Below, one piece after another: positions 41,756 through 51,305 of a stretch of 64,000 bases of DNA (its first letter is position 1; each line of letters starts with the position of its first letter). The notes below the pieces were generated by a model. The model did not search any database and was not told where the DNA came from. It saw nothing but the letters and a program-made list of their open reading frames with translations. The stretch comes from Verrucomicrobiia bacterium. GTDB taxonomy: Bacteria > Chloroflexota > Dormibacteria > Aeolococcales > Bog-877. Location of the stretch: NCBI GenBank assembly GCA_035532155.1, contig DATKRN010000049.1, positions 7,102 through 71,101 on the forward strand, read 5' to 3'. Made by a program: the position numbers and the translations under genes.

Positions 41756-42640
41756 TCAGGCCGCTGCCGTGGAGGTGGGGCGGCCGATCCGGCGCCAGCC
41801 CAGCACCTGGTAGCGCGCCTCGAAGGTCTCCCGCGGCTCGACCCGCACCCGCCCGGTCTCGCTGCAGGCGTGGACCACCGAGCCGGCGTCGAGGGCGAGC
41901 GCGACATGGCTGAGCCGCCGCCGTCGCGAGATCGCGCCCGCCAGGTCGCCGGCGGCGACGTTGGGGCCGGCCACTCGCTCCCCGCACCGGCGCTGGCCCC
42001 GACTGTTGCGGGGGAGGCAGAGTCCGACCCCGGCGAAGGCGCGCCAGACCAGACCGGAGCAGTCGTACCCGGCTCCCCCGGTCGCGCCCCACACATAGGG
42101 ACGGCCCCGCTGGGCGAGCACAAAGGCACAGAGCGCGTCCCACGACCAGATCCCCGCCGATCTCCCCTCCCTCACGGGGGCGAGCCCGAGATCGGCGGGG
42201 CTGTGGGGGACGCCGAGCCTAAAGGACGCCCCCCGGTCGACCCAGCCGAGGGCGGCCCCGGGGGCGCGCACCAGGCAGGCCCCACCCCGCACCGCCAGCA
42301 GGAGCGCGGGCGGGTCGCCCGCCAGCAGCTCGGTGGCGCGCTCCCCGCCCCGACCGTCCCCGCCGGGGTGGTCGCGCCACACGTCGAGGGGTGCTCCCAG
42401 GGGCCAGAGGCCGCGCCGGGGACGCCGCTCCGCGAGCACGGTCAGGCGGACGTCGATCGCGGGCCACCGGGATCCGAGCCGCGCCCGCACCAGGTCCGCC
42501 TGGGCGCTCACGCCCACCACCCCGCTCACCCCCCCGGGCTGGACCCGGACGTCGAAGATCGGGGTGGGATAACGCTCCGCGACCGCCAGCCGGACCGCGC
42601 GCAGCTCCGCCGCCACCGCGGCGCGGTCAGCGGCGTCCAT
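41756..42640 (-). CDS. NlpC/P60 (C40) family peptidase with an uncharacterised N-terminal domain
   Basis: Catalytic Cys context RGRPYVWGATGGAGYDCSGLVWRAFAGVGLCLPRNSRGQ and a downstream His (LSHVALALDAGSVVHA). The start was set to the Met overlapping the stop of the upstream gene. Confidence 0.7.
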   Translation of the reverse strand: MDAADRAAVAAELRAVRLAVAERYPTPIFDVRVQPGGVSGVVGVSAQADLVRARLGSRWPAIDVRLTVLAERRPRRGLWPLGAPLDVWRDHPGGDGRGGERATELLAGDPPALLLAVRGGACLVRAPGAALGWVDRGASFRLGVPHSPADLGLAPVREGRSAGIWSWDALCAFVLAQRGRPYVWGATGGAGYDCSGLVWRAFAGVGLCLPRNSRGQRRCGERVAGPNVAAGDLAGAISRRRRLSHVALALDAGSVVHACSETGRVRVEPRETFEARYQVLGWRRIGRPTSTAAA

Positions 42641-43521
42641 CACGCGCGGCGGCGCCACCAGGGCCGGGTCCCGGCGGACGGGACGGCCGGGCCGCGCCGC
42701 TCCCGGGGTCCAGGGGCCAGCTCGACCCCGTCGGTCACGAGCACGATCGGGGAGAGCGGGCTCTCGGCCTCCCGAAACGCTCGCGCGACCGCGCGCGTGA
42801 AGCGGTCGGCTCCGGCCTGCGGGCCGAGCGCGGCCAGGACCAGCCCCCGGTCGGGCGCCGCCAGCCGGCCGTGACCGCCGCCGCGCCGGGCCAGGATGCG
42901 GCGGAGCTCAGGAAGCATCAGCAAGCTGGAGGCGAAGAGCCGGTCCTCTCCGAACTGCCAGGGTCCGGTCCCCTGCGTCCGCTCCAGGGCCGAGAGCCAG
43001 CCCGCGAAGCGGGCGGCGGTGTTGTGGTCGGCGCGGGTGCGCAGCTCGTCGGCCCCCAGCCCGACGCCTTCGGCCTCGGGGACCGAGACGCCTCGGAGCG
43101 CCTCGCCCGGCAGCTCTTCGGCGACGAAGGCGACCAGGGACGGGGCGAGCGGGTGGCAGAGCAGCTCGCGGGCGCGCTCGAAGGCCACCACGCTCCTACT
43201 GGTACGCACGCACCAGAGCAGCGCGCCGGGGTCGGGTCCCGTCCCGCCCGCCGAGGCGGGCGCCCGCTGCAGCCGCGCCGCCGCCGCCCCCACGAAGCGG
43301 GCGATCTCGGCGGGGGCGGAGGCGCCAGGCTGATGGGCGTCGACGTACAAGGTGGTGAGCGCCAGTGAGACCGCCCCCGAGGACGGGCCCGTGCGGTGGG
43401 CGCGCACCGCGAACGCGTCGGGGTCGGGCTGGAAGCTCCAGTCCGGATAGCGAGCACGCAGCTGGGTGGCGAGCCGGGTGGCGAACGCGGCACGGTCCGC
43501 GAACGCGATCCCGGTGTCCAC
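42640..43521 (-). CDS. Hypothetical protein
   Basis: 293-aa ORF. It is tightly packed between the VWA protein and the NlpC/P60 gene (overlapping stops and starts). No family recognised. Confidence 0.45.
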   Translation of the reverse strand: MDTGIAFADRAAFATRLATQLRARYPDWSFQPDPDAFAVRAHRTGPSSGAVSLALTTLYVDAHQPGASAPAEIARFVGAAAARLQRAPASAGGTGPDPGALLWCVRTSRSVVAFERARELLCHPLAPSLVAFVAEELPGEALRGVSVPEAEGVGLGADELRTRADHNTAARFAGWLSALERTQGTGPWQFGEDRLFASSLLMLPELRRILARRGGGHGRLAAPDRGLVLAALGPQAGADRFTRAVARAFREAESPLSPIVLVTDGVELAPGPRERRGPAVPSAGTRPWWRRRA

Positions 43522-43541
43522 GGTCGCCGCCGGGACCGCGG

Positions 43542-45539
43542 TCAGGCGGCCCGACCACGACCGGCGACATAGTCGAGCAGGACGTAGTCGCCGAGGTGGT
43601 CGGGGCTGATGAAGAAGGCGCGGCCCCGGTTCTGCCTTGTCATCTGCCGGACGAAGCGCACCAGCTGGGGGTTGCTCTCCAGCATGAAGGTGTTGATCAC
43701 GATCCCGTCGCGGGTGCAGTCCCGCACCGCCGCCAGGGTGCGCTGGAACGTCTCGGGAAGGGGAGGATAGTAGAACACCGCCTGCGTCCCCTCCATGTGG
43801 GCGGTGGGCTCCCCGTCACTGACGATGATCACCTGCCGGTTGCTGCTGGGGTGGCGGGCCAGCAGGCGGCGCGCCAGCATCAGGCCGTGCTGCAGGTTGG
43901 TGCCATAGACGTACTCGTTGTAGGAGAGCTGGGCCAAGCTCCCCGGCGCGATCTCGCGCGCGTAGTCGGAGAACCCCACCACGTAGAGCTGATCGCGAGG
44001 GTACTGGGTGCGGATCAGCGCGTCCAGCGCGAGCGCCACCTTCTTGGCGGCGTAGAAGTAGCCCCGCAGCGGCATGCTCCGACTCATGTCGAGCATCAGC
44101 ACCGTGCTGGAGCGGGTCGTGGGCTCGGCGGCGTGGACCAGGAAGTCCGAGGGGTCCAGCCGGAGCGGCACCCCGGCGCCGGCTCGGCGCACGCTGGCGA
44201 GCAGGGTCTCGCCCAGGTGGACATCGAAGGGCTCGCCGAAGCGATAGGGTCGGGTGTCGTCCTGGCGCTCGCTGCCGACCCCGAGGCCCCGGGTGCCGTG
44301 CTGTCCGAAGCGATCGGCGGCGAGCCGCCGGAAGATGTCCGCCAGCGCCTGCTGCCCGATCCGCCGCACCCCTCGCGGGGTGAGCTCGAGCCCGGCCTCG
44401 CCGCGGTGCAGGTACCCCGAACGCTCCAGCTGACGGGTGAGCGCCTGGACCCGGTCGAGCGCGCGGACGGCGTCATCGCCGAGCACGGCTCGGAGCCGCT
44501 CGCGGGTCGACTCGCCCACCGGTTCGCCGCGGTAGACGCCCTGGAGCGCGCGCTCCAGCTCCTCCAGCCCCTCCAGCTCCCCCATCAACTGGAGCGCATC
44601 CCCGAACGGGAGCGACTCGTCGCCAAAGAAGCGGTAGCGCGGGGAGTCCTGCTCTCCGCCTCCGAGCTGGCGCAGCAGTCGGCCCAGCTCGCTCAGCGCG
44701 GCCTGGAGCCCGGGATCGTCGAGGCCGGCGGCGAGCAGCCCCTCCAGCTCGCGCCGCGCCTCCGGCGCGAGCGACCGCAGCAGGGACCCCATCTGCCGCA
44801 TCTGGGCCTGGAGGGTGGCCAGGAACTCCTCGAAACTGGCGGGGTGGTTGGGGAAGTACTCCCCGAAGCGCTGAAGGAACGCCGCGTACTCGGGGTCCTC
44901 CCCGGCGGCGTGGGCGCTCAGCATCCGGCTCAGCGCCTCCACCATCTGGCGCAGCCGACTGCGCTCGTCCGGCCCCATCGACCGCATCGCCTCCCCCACC
45001 TCGCGTAGGTGCGCGCCCAGCATCTGCCGGCGCAGGTCGTCGACCAGCTCCGAGAACGCCCGCGCCGCGGCGGGATCGAGGAATTCGTAGGCCTGCAGGG
45101 CCCGGATCGCCGAGCCCGGCTCGGGCGGGAGCGCATCCAGCTGCTGCGCCCTGCGCTCCGCCATGCGCGCGCGGATCCGGTCGGCGGCAGGGTCGGACGG
45201 GGGCGCCGCACTGGCGCGGCGTCCCGCCTCGATGCCGCGACGCTCCTGCTGCACGATGCGATCGATCCGCTCGCGGATATCGCTGAAGAGCGCCTCCAGA
45301 TTGAAGCGTTCGAGCTCGCGCTGACGGCGCCGGCGGAGCTGGTCGAGCAGGCCCTCCAGACCGGGAACGCGTCGCCCCCGCGGGCCGCGGAGCCCCTGCC
45401 CCAGCAGCCGGCGCAGCGCCGAGTCGAGGTCCCAGCCGTGGAAGACATCCTCGGCGAGGCGCGCGAACTCGTCCTCGGCGTCGACGCCGACCTCCTCCTG
45501 GGTGCCGTCCCAGCTGGAGTAGCGGTGCCGCACCGCCAT
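43542..45539 (-). CDS. VWA (von Willebrand factor A) domain protein, CoxE/DUF444-like, partner of the upstream AAA ATPase
   Basis: 665 aa with a long helical N-terminal region. The C-terminal VWA has a MIDAS (VLMLDMSRSM...GTNLQHGL...IIVSDGEPTA). Confidence 0.75.
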   Translation of the reverse strand: MAVRHRYSSWDGTQEEVGVDAEDEFARLAEDVFHGWDLDSALRRLLGQGLRGPRGRRVPGLEGLLDQLRRRRQRELERFNLEALFSDIRERIDRIVQQERRGIEAGRRASAAPPSDPAADRIRARMAERRAQQLDALPPEPGSAIRALQAYEFLDPAAARAFSELVDDLRRQMLGAHLREVGEAMRSMGPDERSRLRQMVEALSRMLSAHAAGEDPEYAAFLQRFGEYFPNHPASFEEFLATLQAQMRQMGSLLRSLAPEARRELEGLLAAGLDDPGLQAALSELGRLLRQLGGGEQDSPRYRFFGDESLPFGDALQLMGELEGLEELERALQGVYRGEPVGESTRERLRAVLGDDAVRALDRVQALTRQLERSGYLHRGEAGLELTPRGVRRIGQQALADIFRRLAADRFGQHGTRGLGVGSERQDDTRPYRFGEPFDVHLGETLLASVRRAGAGVPLRLDPSDFLVHAAEPTTRSSTVLMLDMSRSMPLRGYFYAAKKVALALDALIRTQYPRDQLYVVGFSDYAREIAPGSLAQLSYNEYVYGTNLQHGLMLARRLLARHPSSNRQVIIVSDGEPTAHMEGTQAVFYYPPLPETFQRTLAAVRDCTRDGIVINTFMLESNPQLVRFVRQMTRQNRGRAFFISPDHLGDYVLLDYVAGRGRAA

Positions 45540-45542
45540 GGC

Positions 45543-46985
45543 TCAGCCCCCGTAGACGGTGGTGCCGTCGACCTGGGTCTTGTTCAGCCGCTTACTGACG
45601 TGGAGGCCCTCCAGGACAAACTCCAGTGCCGCCGCCACGGTGGCCGGGGTGACCGGCTCCTCCAGCCCGGCCAGGACGCGCTCCATCCCCCCCAGCTCGC
45701 GGCCGGCGGCCGTGTAACGGTCCAGCTCGACCGCGTCTCCCACCTCCAGGCGAAGACCCTGCTCGAAGCGCGCGACCAGCGCCGTGAACTCCTGCAGCGC
45801 GAAGCGGCGGCGGAAGACGTTGCCGCAGGCGCTCCGGAGGAGCTTGGGCAGCAGCATGTGGTCGTCGCTCTCCTCGAATGCCTCCAGCTCCAGCTTGCCC
45901 CAGGTGGACGCGGCGAGCGCGGCGAGGTCGGAGATGCGCGGTACCGCCTCCACCTCCTGGAGGCGGATCGCACGCCGGACCGCCGAGGCGCACAGGCTCT
46001 CGTAATTGGCGATGGACAGCCGCACCGACACCCCGGAGCGCTGGTTCACCTGGGGGCTGCGGCGGGCCAGGTGGGTCACCTCGGCGACCAACTCGCGCAT
46101 GTAGGCGGGGACGTGCAGCCGCACCGGGAGGTCGTCGAAGGAGGCCGCCTCGGCCTCGATGATCGCCACCTCCTCCTCGACCCGACGGGGATAGTGAGTG
46201 CGCACCTGAGCCCCGAAGCGGTCCTTGAGGGGGGTGATGATGCGCCCGCGATTGGTGTAGTCCTCGGGATTGGCAGTGGCGATCACCACCACGTCGAGCG
46301 GGAGCCGCACCCGGAACCCGCGGATCTGGACGTCGCGCTCCTCCATGCAGGTGAGCAGGCCGACCTGGATCCTCTCGGCCAGGTCGGGCAGCTCGTTGAT
46401 GGCGAAGAGACCGCGATTCACCCGCGGCAGCAGTCCGTAGTGGATCGTCAGCTCATCGGAGAGGTAGCGGCCCTCGGCGACGCGGATGGGGTCGACCTCA
46501 CCGATGAGGTCCGCGATCGACGTGTCAGGGGTGGCCAGCTTCTCCCCGAAGCGCTGGTCCGGGCCGATCCACGCGATCGGGGTCGCGTCGCCCTGCTCCG
46601 CCACCCGGTCGCGACCATATCGGCTGATCGGCTGGTAGGGATGGTCGTTGACCTCGCTGCCGGCGATGATCGGCAGCTGCTCGTCGAGCAGCCCCACCAG
46701 CTGGCGGATCAGCCGCGATTTGGCCTGGCCCCGCTCCCCCAGCAGGATGATGTCCTGGCCGGCGAGGATCGCGTGCTCCACCTGGGGGACGACGGTGTCG
46801 TCGTAGCCCACGATCCCGGGGAAGAGCGGGGCGCCCTGGCGCAGGCGGCGCACCAGATTGTCTCGCAGCTCGGCCCGGACGGTGCGCTGCCGGTACTCGC
46901 TGCCGCGGAGCTCGCCGATGGTGGAGGGCAGGGTCATGGGGGAAGCGAGGGTCGGATCCGAGGGGCGCCAGGCCCGCCCGGTCAT
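45543..46985 (-). CDS. AAA+ ATPase, ChlI/BchI-like (Mg-chelatase-family fold)
   Basis: Walker A ILLGERGQAKSRLIRQL, Walker B/sensor region GLFAINELPDL...VVVIATANPEDYTNRGRIITPLKDRF. The start is uncertain (Met candidates at 46985 and 46940). The ORF-track start at 47045 overlaps the upstream pseudogene. Confidence 0.7.
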   Translation of the reverse strand: MTGRAWRPSDPTLASPMTLPSTIGELRGSEYRQRTVRAELRDNLVRRLRQGAPLFPGIVGYDDTVVPQVEHAILAGQDIILLGERGQAKSRLIRQLVGLLDEQLPIIAGSEVNDHPYQPISRYGRDRVAEQGDATPIAWIGPDQRFGEKLATPDTSIADLIGEVDPIRVAEGRYLSDELTIHYGLLPRVNRGLFAINELPDLAERIQVGLLTCMEERDVQIRGFRVRLPLDVVVIATANPEDYTNRGRIITPLKDRFGAQVRTHYPRRVEEEVAIIEAEAASFDDLPVRLHVPAYMRELVAEVTHLARRSPQVNQRSGVSVRLSIANYESLCASAVRRAIRLQEVEAVPRISDLAALAASTWGKLELEAFEESDDHMLLPKLLRSACGNVFRRRFALQEFTALVARFEQGLRLEVGDAVELDRYTAAGRELGGMERVLAGLEEPVTPATVAAALEFVLEGLHVSKRLNKTQVDGTTVYGG

Positions 46986-47039
46986 GATAGCCGCCGCTAG
47001 CCGCCGCCCTTGTCCGCAATCGGGCCGGCCCGCGGCTCG

Positions 47040-47990
47040 GCCCAAGGTCAGCCCACGGTGCGCAGGCGCGGCAGCCGGCCGGGCAGGATCGCCAGGCGGG
47101 CGGGGAGATCAGCAGGATGACGTCGCGGAATCCCGCCTGCACGAACTCCTCGACGGCGGCCATCGCCCGGCCGGCATCGCCGGAGATCGGGAGCTGGACC
47201 GCCCGGCGGATGCGGCCCGGGTCGCGGCCGATCGCCTCGCGGTGGCGGTCGAGGACCCGAGATAGCTGTCTCAGCTCGGCCGCGACCTCGCCCCGCAGGG
47301 TGCCGCACCGGACGTCGGCATGCTCGGCGACCACGCGCAGGCCGCGGCGCGCACCCAGGCTCCCCAGCCGCCGGGGGCGGGCGCGGGCGCTGCACGGGTT
47401 TGGGGTCGCACCGGGCGCCCTGCAGGCGCCCATGGCGCCCCACATGAGTCGACACCGGCTGGCTCCCCAGCAGCGGGATCAGCCGGAGCGCCTCGTCGAG
47501 GTGCTCGATCGGCTCCCGTAGCGGCGTCAGCAGGAGGCCGTCCAGGGCGTCGACCAGGAGGTCGCCGCCGGCGCCGAGGCCCATGTCGAGACAGCCCTGG
47601 CTGAGATGGTAGACGGTGGCCGCCACCGTGACGAGCCCAGCCGGGTGACGCGGGCAGCGACCGGTGACCCGGGCGCCGATGCGAACCCGGCGGGTCGCCT
47701 GCGCCATGGAACCCAGCGGGGTCCACGCCTCGAGCACGTCGCCGCGGCGCTCGGCCCCAGCGGGACGACGTGGTCGAAGACCCAGCCGCCATCGCAGGCG
47801 ACCTCGTCGGCCAGCGCCCACGCCTCCGGCACGCGGTCGACGGGGGTGTGCTGCTGGGACGGTTTCACGCCGAAGGTGGGGGCGGGCACGGTCTCCTCCG
47901 CGGCGCTGGGCGCGGCCCGACCGGTCGCCCAGAAAGCGCACTGTCCCTGATCGTCAGCATGGCTGCTTGTACGGCGGGAGGTAGGATCGG
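47040..47990 (-). pseudogene. Luciferase-like monooxygenase (LLM) family oxidoreductase, probably F420-dependent, broken into three frames
   Basis: N-terminus TFGVKP...PEAWALADEVACDGGWVFDHVVPLGP is in frame 1 (47527..48000). The middle VRIGARVTGRCPRHPAGLVTVAATVYHLSQGCLDMGLGAGGDLL...LREPIEHLDEALRLI is in frame 2 (47048..47941). The C-terminal part ...RGEVAAELRQLSRVLDRHREAIGRDPGRIRRAVQL...VEEFVQAGFRDVILLI is in frame 3. That implies at least two frameshifts. Confidence 0.55.
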
Positions 47991-47993
47991 GCC

Positions 47994-48473
47994 GTGTCAC
48001 CCGACGCCGCCGGTCCGGGCCGCCCGGAAGCCGAGGCGGACCTCGCCGGCGAGGCCCGCCTCGGCTTCCTGCTCAAGCACGCCGGCCTGCGGCTCCGCAC
48101 CCTCTCCGGGCCGCTGCTGGCTCCCCTCGGGGTCGAGGGCCGCGAGGTCGCCGTCCTCACCGTCCTCGCCACCCGGCAGCCGCTCTCCCAGCTCGCCGCG
48201 GCGCGCCGGCTCGCCATCGATCGCACCACCATGGTGGCGATGCTGGATGCGCTCGAGGCCAAGGGGCTGGTGCGGCGGGGGCCTCATCCCAAGGACCGGC
48301 GCAAGAACGTGGTGGCCATGACCCCGGCGGGGCGGGGAGTGCTGCGGCGGGCGACCCGGGCGGTCGAGGCGGCCGAGCGCCGCTTCCTGGCCCCGCTGAC
48401 GGCCGCGGAGGGGTCTCGGTTGCGGGAGATGCTGGAGCGGGTCACAGCTGCGCCCGGGACCGACGCGTCCTGA
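47994..48473 (+). CDS. MarR-family transcriptional regulator
   Basis: Winged-helix region SQLAAARRLAIDRTTMVAMLDALEAKGLVRRGPHPKDRRKNVVAMTPAG. It is divergent from the LLM pseudogene. Confidence 0.85.
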   Translation: MSPDAAGPGRPEAEADLAGEARLGFLLKHAGLRLRTLSGPLLAPLGVEGREVAVLTVLATRQPLSQLAAARRLAIDRTTMVAMLDALEAKGLVRRGPHPKDRRKNVVAMTPAGRGVLRRATRAVEAAERRFLAPLTAAEGSRLREMLERVTAAPGTDAS

Positions 48474-48551
48474 TCCCGGGATCGGGCGCGGCCGGAGGCT
48501 CGAAGTCCCTGTCAGGTGGAGCTTGGGCCGCAGCTCGGGGGTGGCGGGTCC

Positions 48552-49238
48552 CTACCCCGCCAGGCGCCGCCGGAGGAACTCGAGGGTCCGCTCCCAGCTG
48601 ACCTGGGACGCCTCGGCGTTGTGGACCGTCGGGCGATCCTCGTTGAAGAAGGCGTGCTGGGTGTCGGGGTAGGTGTGGAACTCATGCACCACCCCGGCCG
48701 CCTGGAGGCGGCGGCTCAGCTCCGCGGCCGCCGCCGGGCTGGCGTGGTCATCGTGGTCCGCGAAGTGGCCGAGCACCTCCCCACGGATGCGCCCCAGCTC
48801 GACATCGCCGCCCGGGACACCGTAGTAGTCGACGCAGGCGGCGACCGCCGGGCGGAGGGTCGCCAGCTGGACCGCGAGCCCGCCGCCCATGCAGAAGCCG
48901 ACCACCCCGCAGGTGGCCCCGCGGGCGTCCGATCCCCCCACCAGGGCGTCGACCGCTCCGCCCAGATCGCGGGCGGCCCGGTCGCTGTCCAGCGCCATCG
49001 CCGCCTTGCCCGCCTCGTCGGGCTCGTCCAGCCCGATCGCCCGACCGTGGTACAGGTCGGGGGCGAGGGCGGTGAATCCCGCCGCCGCGAGGCGGTCGGC
49101 CACCCGCTTCACCTGGTCGACGAGCCCCCACCACTCCTGGATCACGATCACGCCGACGCCGGGACCGGCCTCGGGGACGCTGAGGTATCCGGGGGTGGTG
49201 GAGCCATTGCTGGGGAACTCGATCATCCGTGCGGGCAT
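48552..49238 (-). CDS. Dienelactone hydrolase family protein
   Basis: GVIVIQEWWGL...GVVGFCMGG (nucleophile elbow GxCxG)...HFADHD...TQHAFFN. 228 aa. Confidence 0.85.
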   Translation of the reverse strand: MPARMIEFPSNGSTTPGYLSVPEAGPGVGVIVIQEWWGLVDQVKRVADRLAAAGFTALAPDLYHGRAIGLDEPDEAGKAAMALDSDRAARDLGGAVDALVGGSDARGATCGVVGFCMGGGLAVQLATLRPAVAACVDYYGVPGGDVELGRIRGEVLGHFADHDDHASPAAAAELSRRLQAAGVVHEFHTYPDTQHAFFNEDRPTVHNAEASQVSWERTLEFLRRRLAG

Positions 49239-49370
49239 TGTCGTCTCCTCCTCACCACCAGAGCCCAGGGCGCCGCGGTCCCGCTGGGGAGGGCGCCGGC
49301 CCCTGGGATCGAGAATAGAGGCTACCCACCGATCGCGGCAACCAGCTTGGGCACCCCCGCCCCTTTGGGT

Positions 49371-51305
49371 TCAGCCCGCGCGGGCCAGCCCCGCCGGGCG
49401 CAGATCCCGCAGGAGCAGCCGCGCCCGCCGGCGACCGCGCCACTCGTCGGCCTCCAGTACAAACAGCCCGTCGACGCGTCGCCCCTCGGGGAGATGGTCG
49501 CGAAGGTGGGGACGATTGAAGGTGAGGGCCTCGGCGGCACCGGTGGCGTCCTGGAGCTGCACGCGCAGGTGCTGGCCGACCCCGCCGAAGGTGCTGGTCG
49601 CCACCACCCGACAGTCGCGGGCGAGGAGCAGGATCGGGGGGTTGCCCTGGCCGACCGGCTCAAAGACGGCGAGCTCGTCAGCCAGCTGGAGGGTGCAGCG
49701 GTCGAGCGAGCAGACGGCGTCGACCGCGAAGGTCCGCACCGGCGAGCGGGCAGCGCCCCCGCGCGCGACCACGACCTCGGCGAGCCGGCGGTGGAACGCC
49801 GCCGCGGCCTGGGGGCTGGGGTCGAGGCTGAATCCGCCGGCCGCGGCATGGCCGCCGAAGCGGCGCAGGCAGGGCGCGCACGCCTCCAGCACCTCCACGA
49901 CGTTGAGCCCGGCGATCCCCCGGGCCGATCCCCTCCACTCGTCGCCGGTCTCGCTGTGGACGAAGGCGGGCCGGGCGAACTCCTCGGCCAGCCGTCCGGC
50001 GACCAGCCCCACCACCCCCGGGGCGAAGGCGGGGTCGCCGCAGGCGATCACGGGAGCGTCCTCGGCCGCCGCGACGCGCTCATGGGCCATCCCCAGCGCG
50101 GCGGCGAGCGCAGCCCGGCGACGCTGGTTGAGGCCCTCCAGCTCCGCGGCGGCGGCGCGTCCCGCTTCGGCTTCGGAGGCGAGGCAGCAGGTGAGCGCGA
50201 CCAGCGCGTCCTCCATCCGGCCGGCGGCGTTAATCCGGGGCGCCACGCTGAACGCCAGATCGCTGCTGGTGGGCGCGGCCCGACAGCCGGCGAGCTCGGA
50301 GAGGGCGCGCAGGCCCGGGGGCGCCGTCGGCCAGGCGGCGAGCCCGGCCCGGACCAGGGCCCGGTTCTCGTCCAGCAGCGGCATGCAGTCGGCCACCGTC
50401 CCGAGCGCCACCAGCGGCAGCTGCGCCTGGGCGGTCCCGGCCGGCACCAGCCCGGCCGCCTCCAGCGCCTGGGCCAGCTTGAGGGCGACCCCGACGCCGG
50501 CCAGGCCCTTGAAGGCGTAGCCATCGTCGACGCGGCGCGGGTTCACCACCGCGTCCGCGTCGGCGAGCCGCTGCTCGCCGGTCGCGGTCGTGACCGGCAG
50601 GTGGTGGTCGGTGATCACCAGCCGCTGGCCGGGCGGCCGGCCCCGGGCGACGTCGAGGGCGGTGGTGCCGCAATCGACGGTGATCACCGTCTCCACCCCG
50701 AGACGATCGAGCTCCCGCAGCGCCTCGGGGTTGAGGCCGTAGCCCTCGGCCTGGCGGTGGGGGATGTAGGGGCGAACCGTCGCCCCGGCGGCGGTGAGGG
50801 TGCGGACCAACAGGGCGCAGCCGGTCACGCCATCGGCGTCGTAGTCGCCGTAGACCGCGATCGGTCGATCGGCCCCCAGGGCCGCCCCCACCACCGCGAC
50901 CGCCCGGTCCATGTCGGCAAGCCCGGCGGGGTCGTGGCAGACCGGCGCGCACAGCCACGCCTCCCCGCCGCGGGCCTCGATCCCCCGGGTGGCTGCCACC
51001 TGCGCGAAGACCGCGGACCGGCCCGGCCACGCCGGCACCGGGCGATCCGGGATGGTCCAGCTGCGGGCGGCGGCCTTCACCGGCCGGCGCCGGCGGCGGA
51101 TCGTCGCCCAGAGCTCACGGCCCAGCGATTCTACGGCGGCGCCCGGCCGCGCCTCAGACTGGGGCGCGATGGAGGGACGCCGCGGCTCTCGGCGTCGGGC
51201 CGGCCGCCCGCCGGCGCGAGCCACGCCCGACCGGGCGCGGACCGGCGACGCCGACCGCGAGCGGGCTCGCCACCGGGCGCGGTCGGCCCAGGCGTCCCGC
51301 GTCAT
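49371..51305 (-). CDS. recJ: Single-stranded-DNA-specific exonuclease RecJ
   Basis: DHH motifs IAVYGDYDADGVTGCALL, VITVDCG, ITDHHLP. DHHA1 region. C-terminal OB-fold-like domain. The true start may be the internal GTG near 51080; the N-terminal 75 aa of the ORF are Arg-rich. Confidence 0.8.
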   Translation of the reverse strand: MTRDAWADRARWRARSRSASPVRARSGVARAGGRPARRREPRRPSIAPQSEARPGAAVESLGRELWATIRRRRRPVKAAARSWTIPDRPVPAWPGRSAVFAQVAATRGIEARGGEAWLCAPVCHDPAGLADMDRAVAVVGAALGADRPIAVYGDYDADGVTGCALLVRTLTAAGATVRPYIPHRQAEGYGLNPEALRELDRLGVETVITVDCGTTALDVARGRPPGQRLVITDHHLPVTTATGEQRLADADAVVNPRRVDDGYAFKGLAGVGVALKLAQALEAAGLVPAGTAQAQLPLVALGTVADCMPLLDENRALVRAGLAAWPTAPPGLRALSELAGCRAAPTSSDLAFSVAPRINAAGRMEDALVALTCCLASEAEAGRAAAAELEGLNQRRRAALAAALGMAHERVAAAEDAPVIACGDPAFAPGVVGLVAGRLAEEFARPAFVHSETGDEWRGSARGIAGLNVVEVLEACAPCLRRFGGHAAAGGFSLDPSPQAAAAFHRRLAEVVVARGGAARSPVRTFAVDAVCSLDRCTLQLADELAVFEPVGQGNPPILLLARDCRVVATSTFGGVGQHLRVQLQDATGAAEALTFNRPHLRDHLPEGRRVDGLFVLEADEWRGRRRARLLLRDLRPAGLARAG

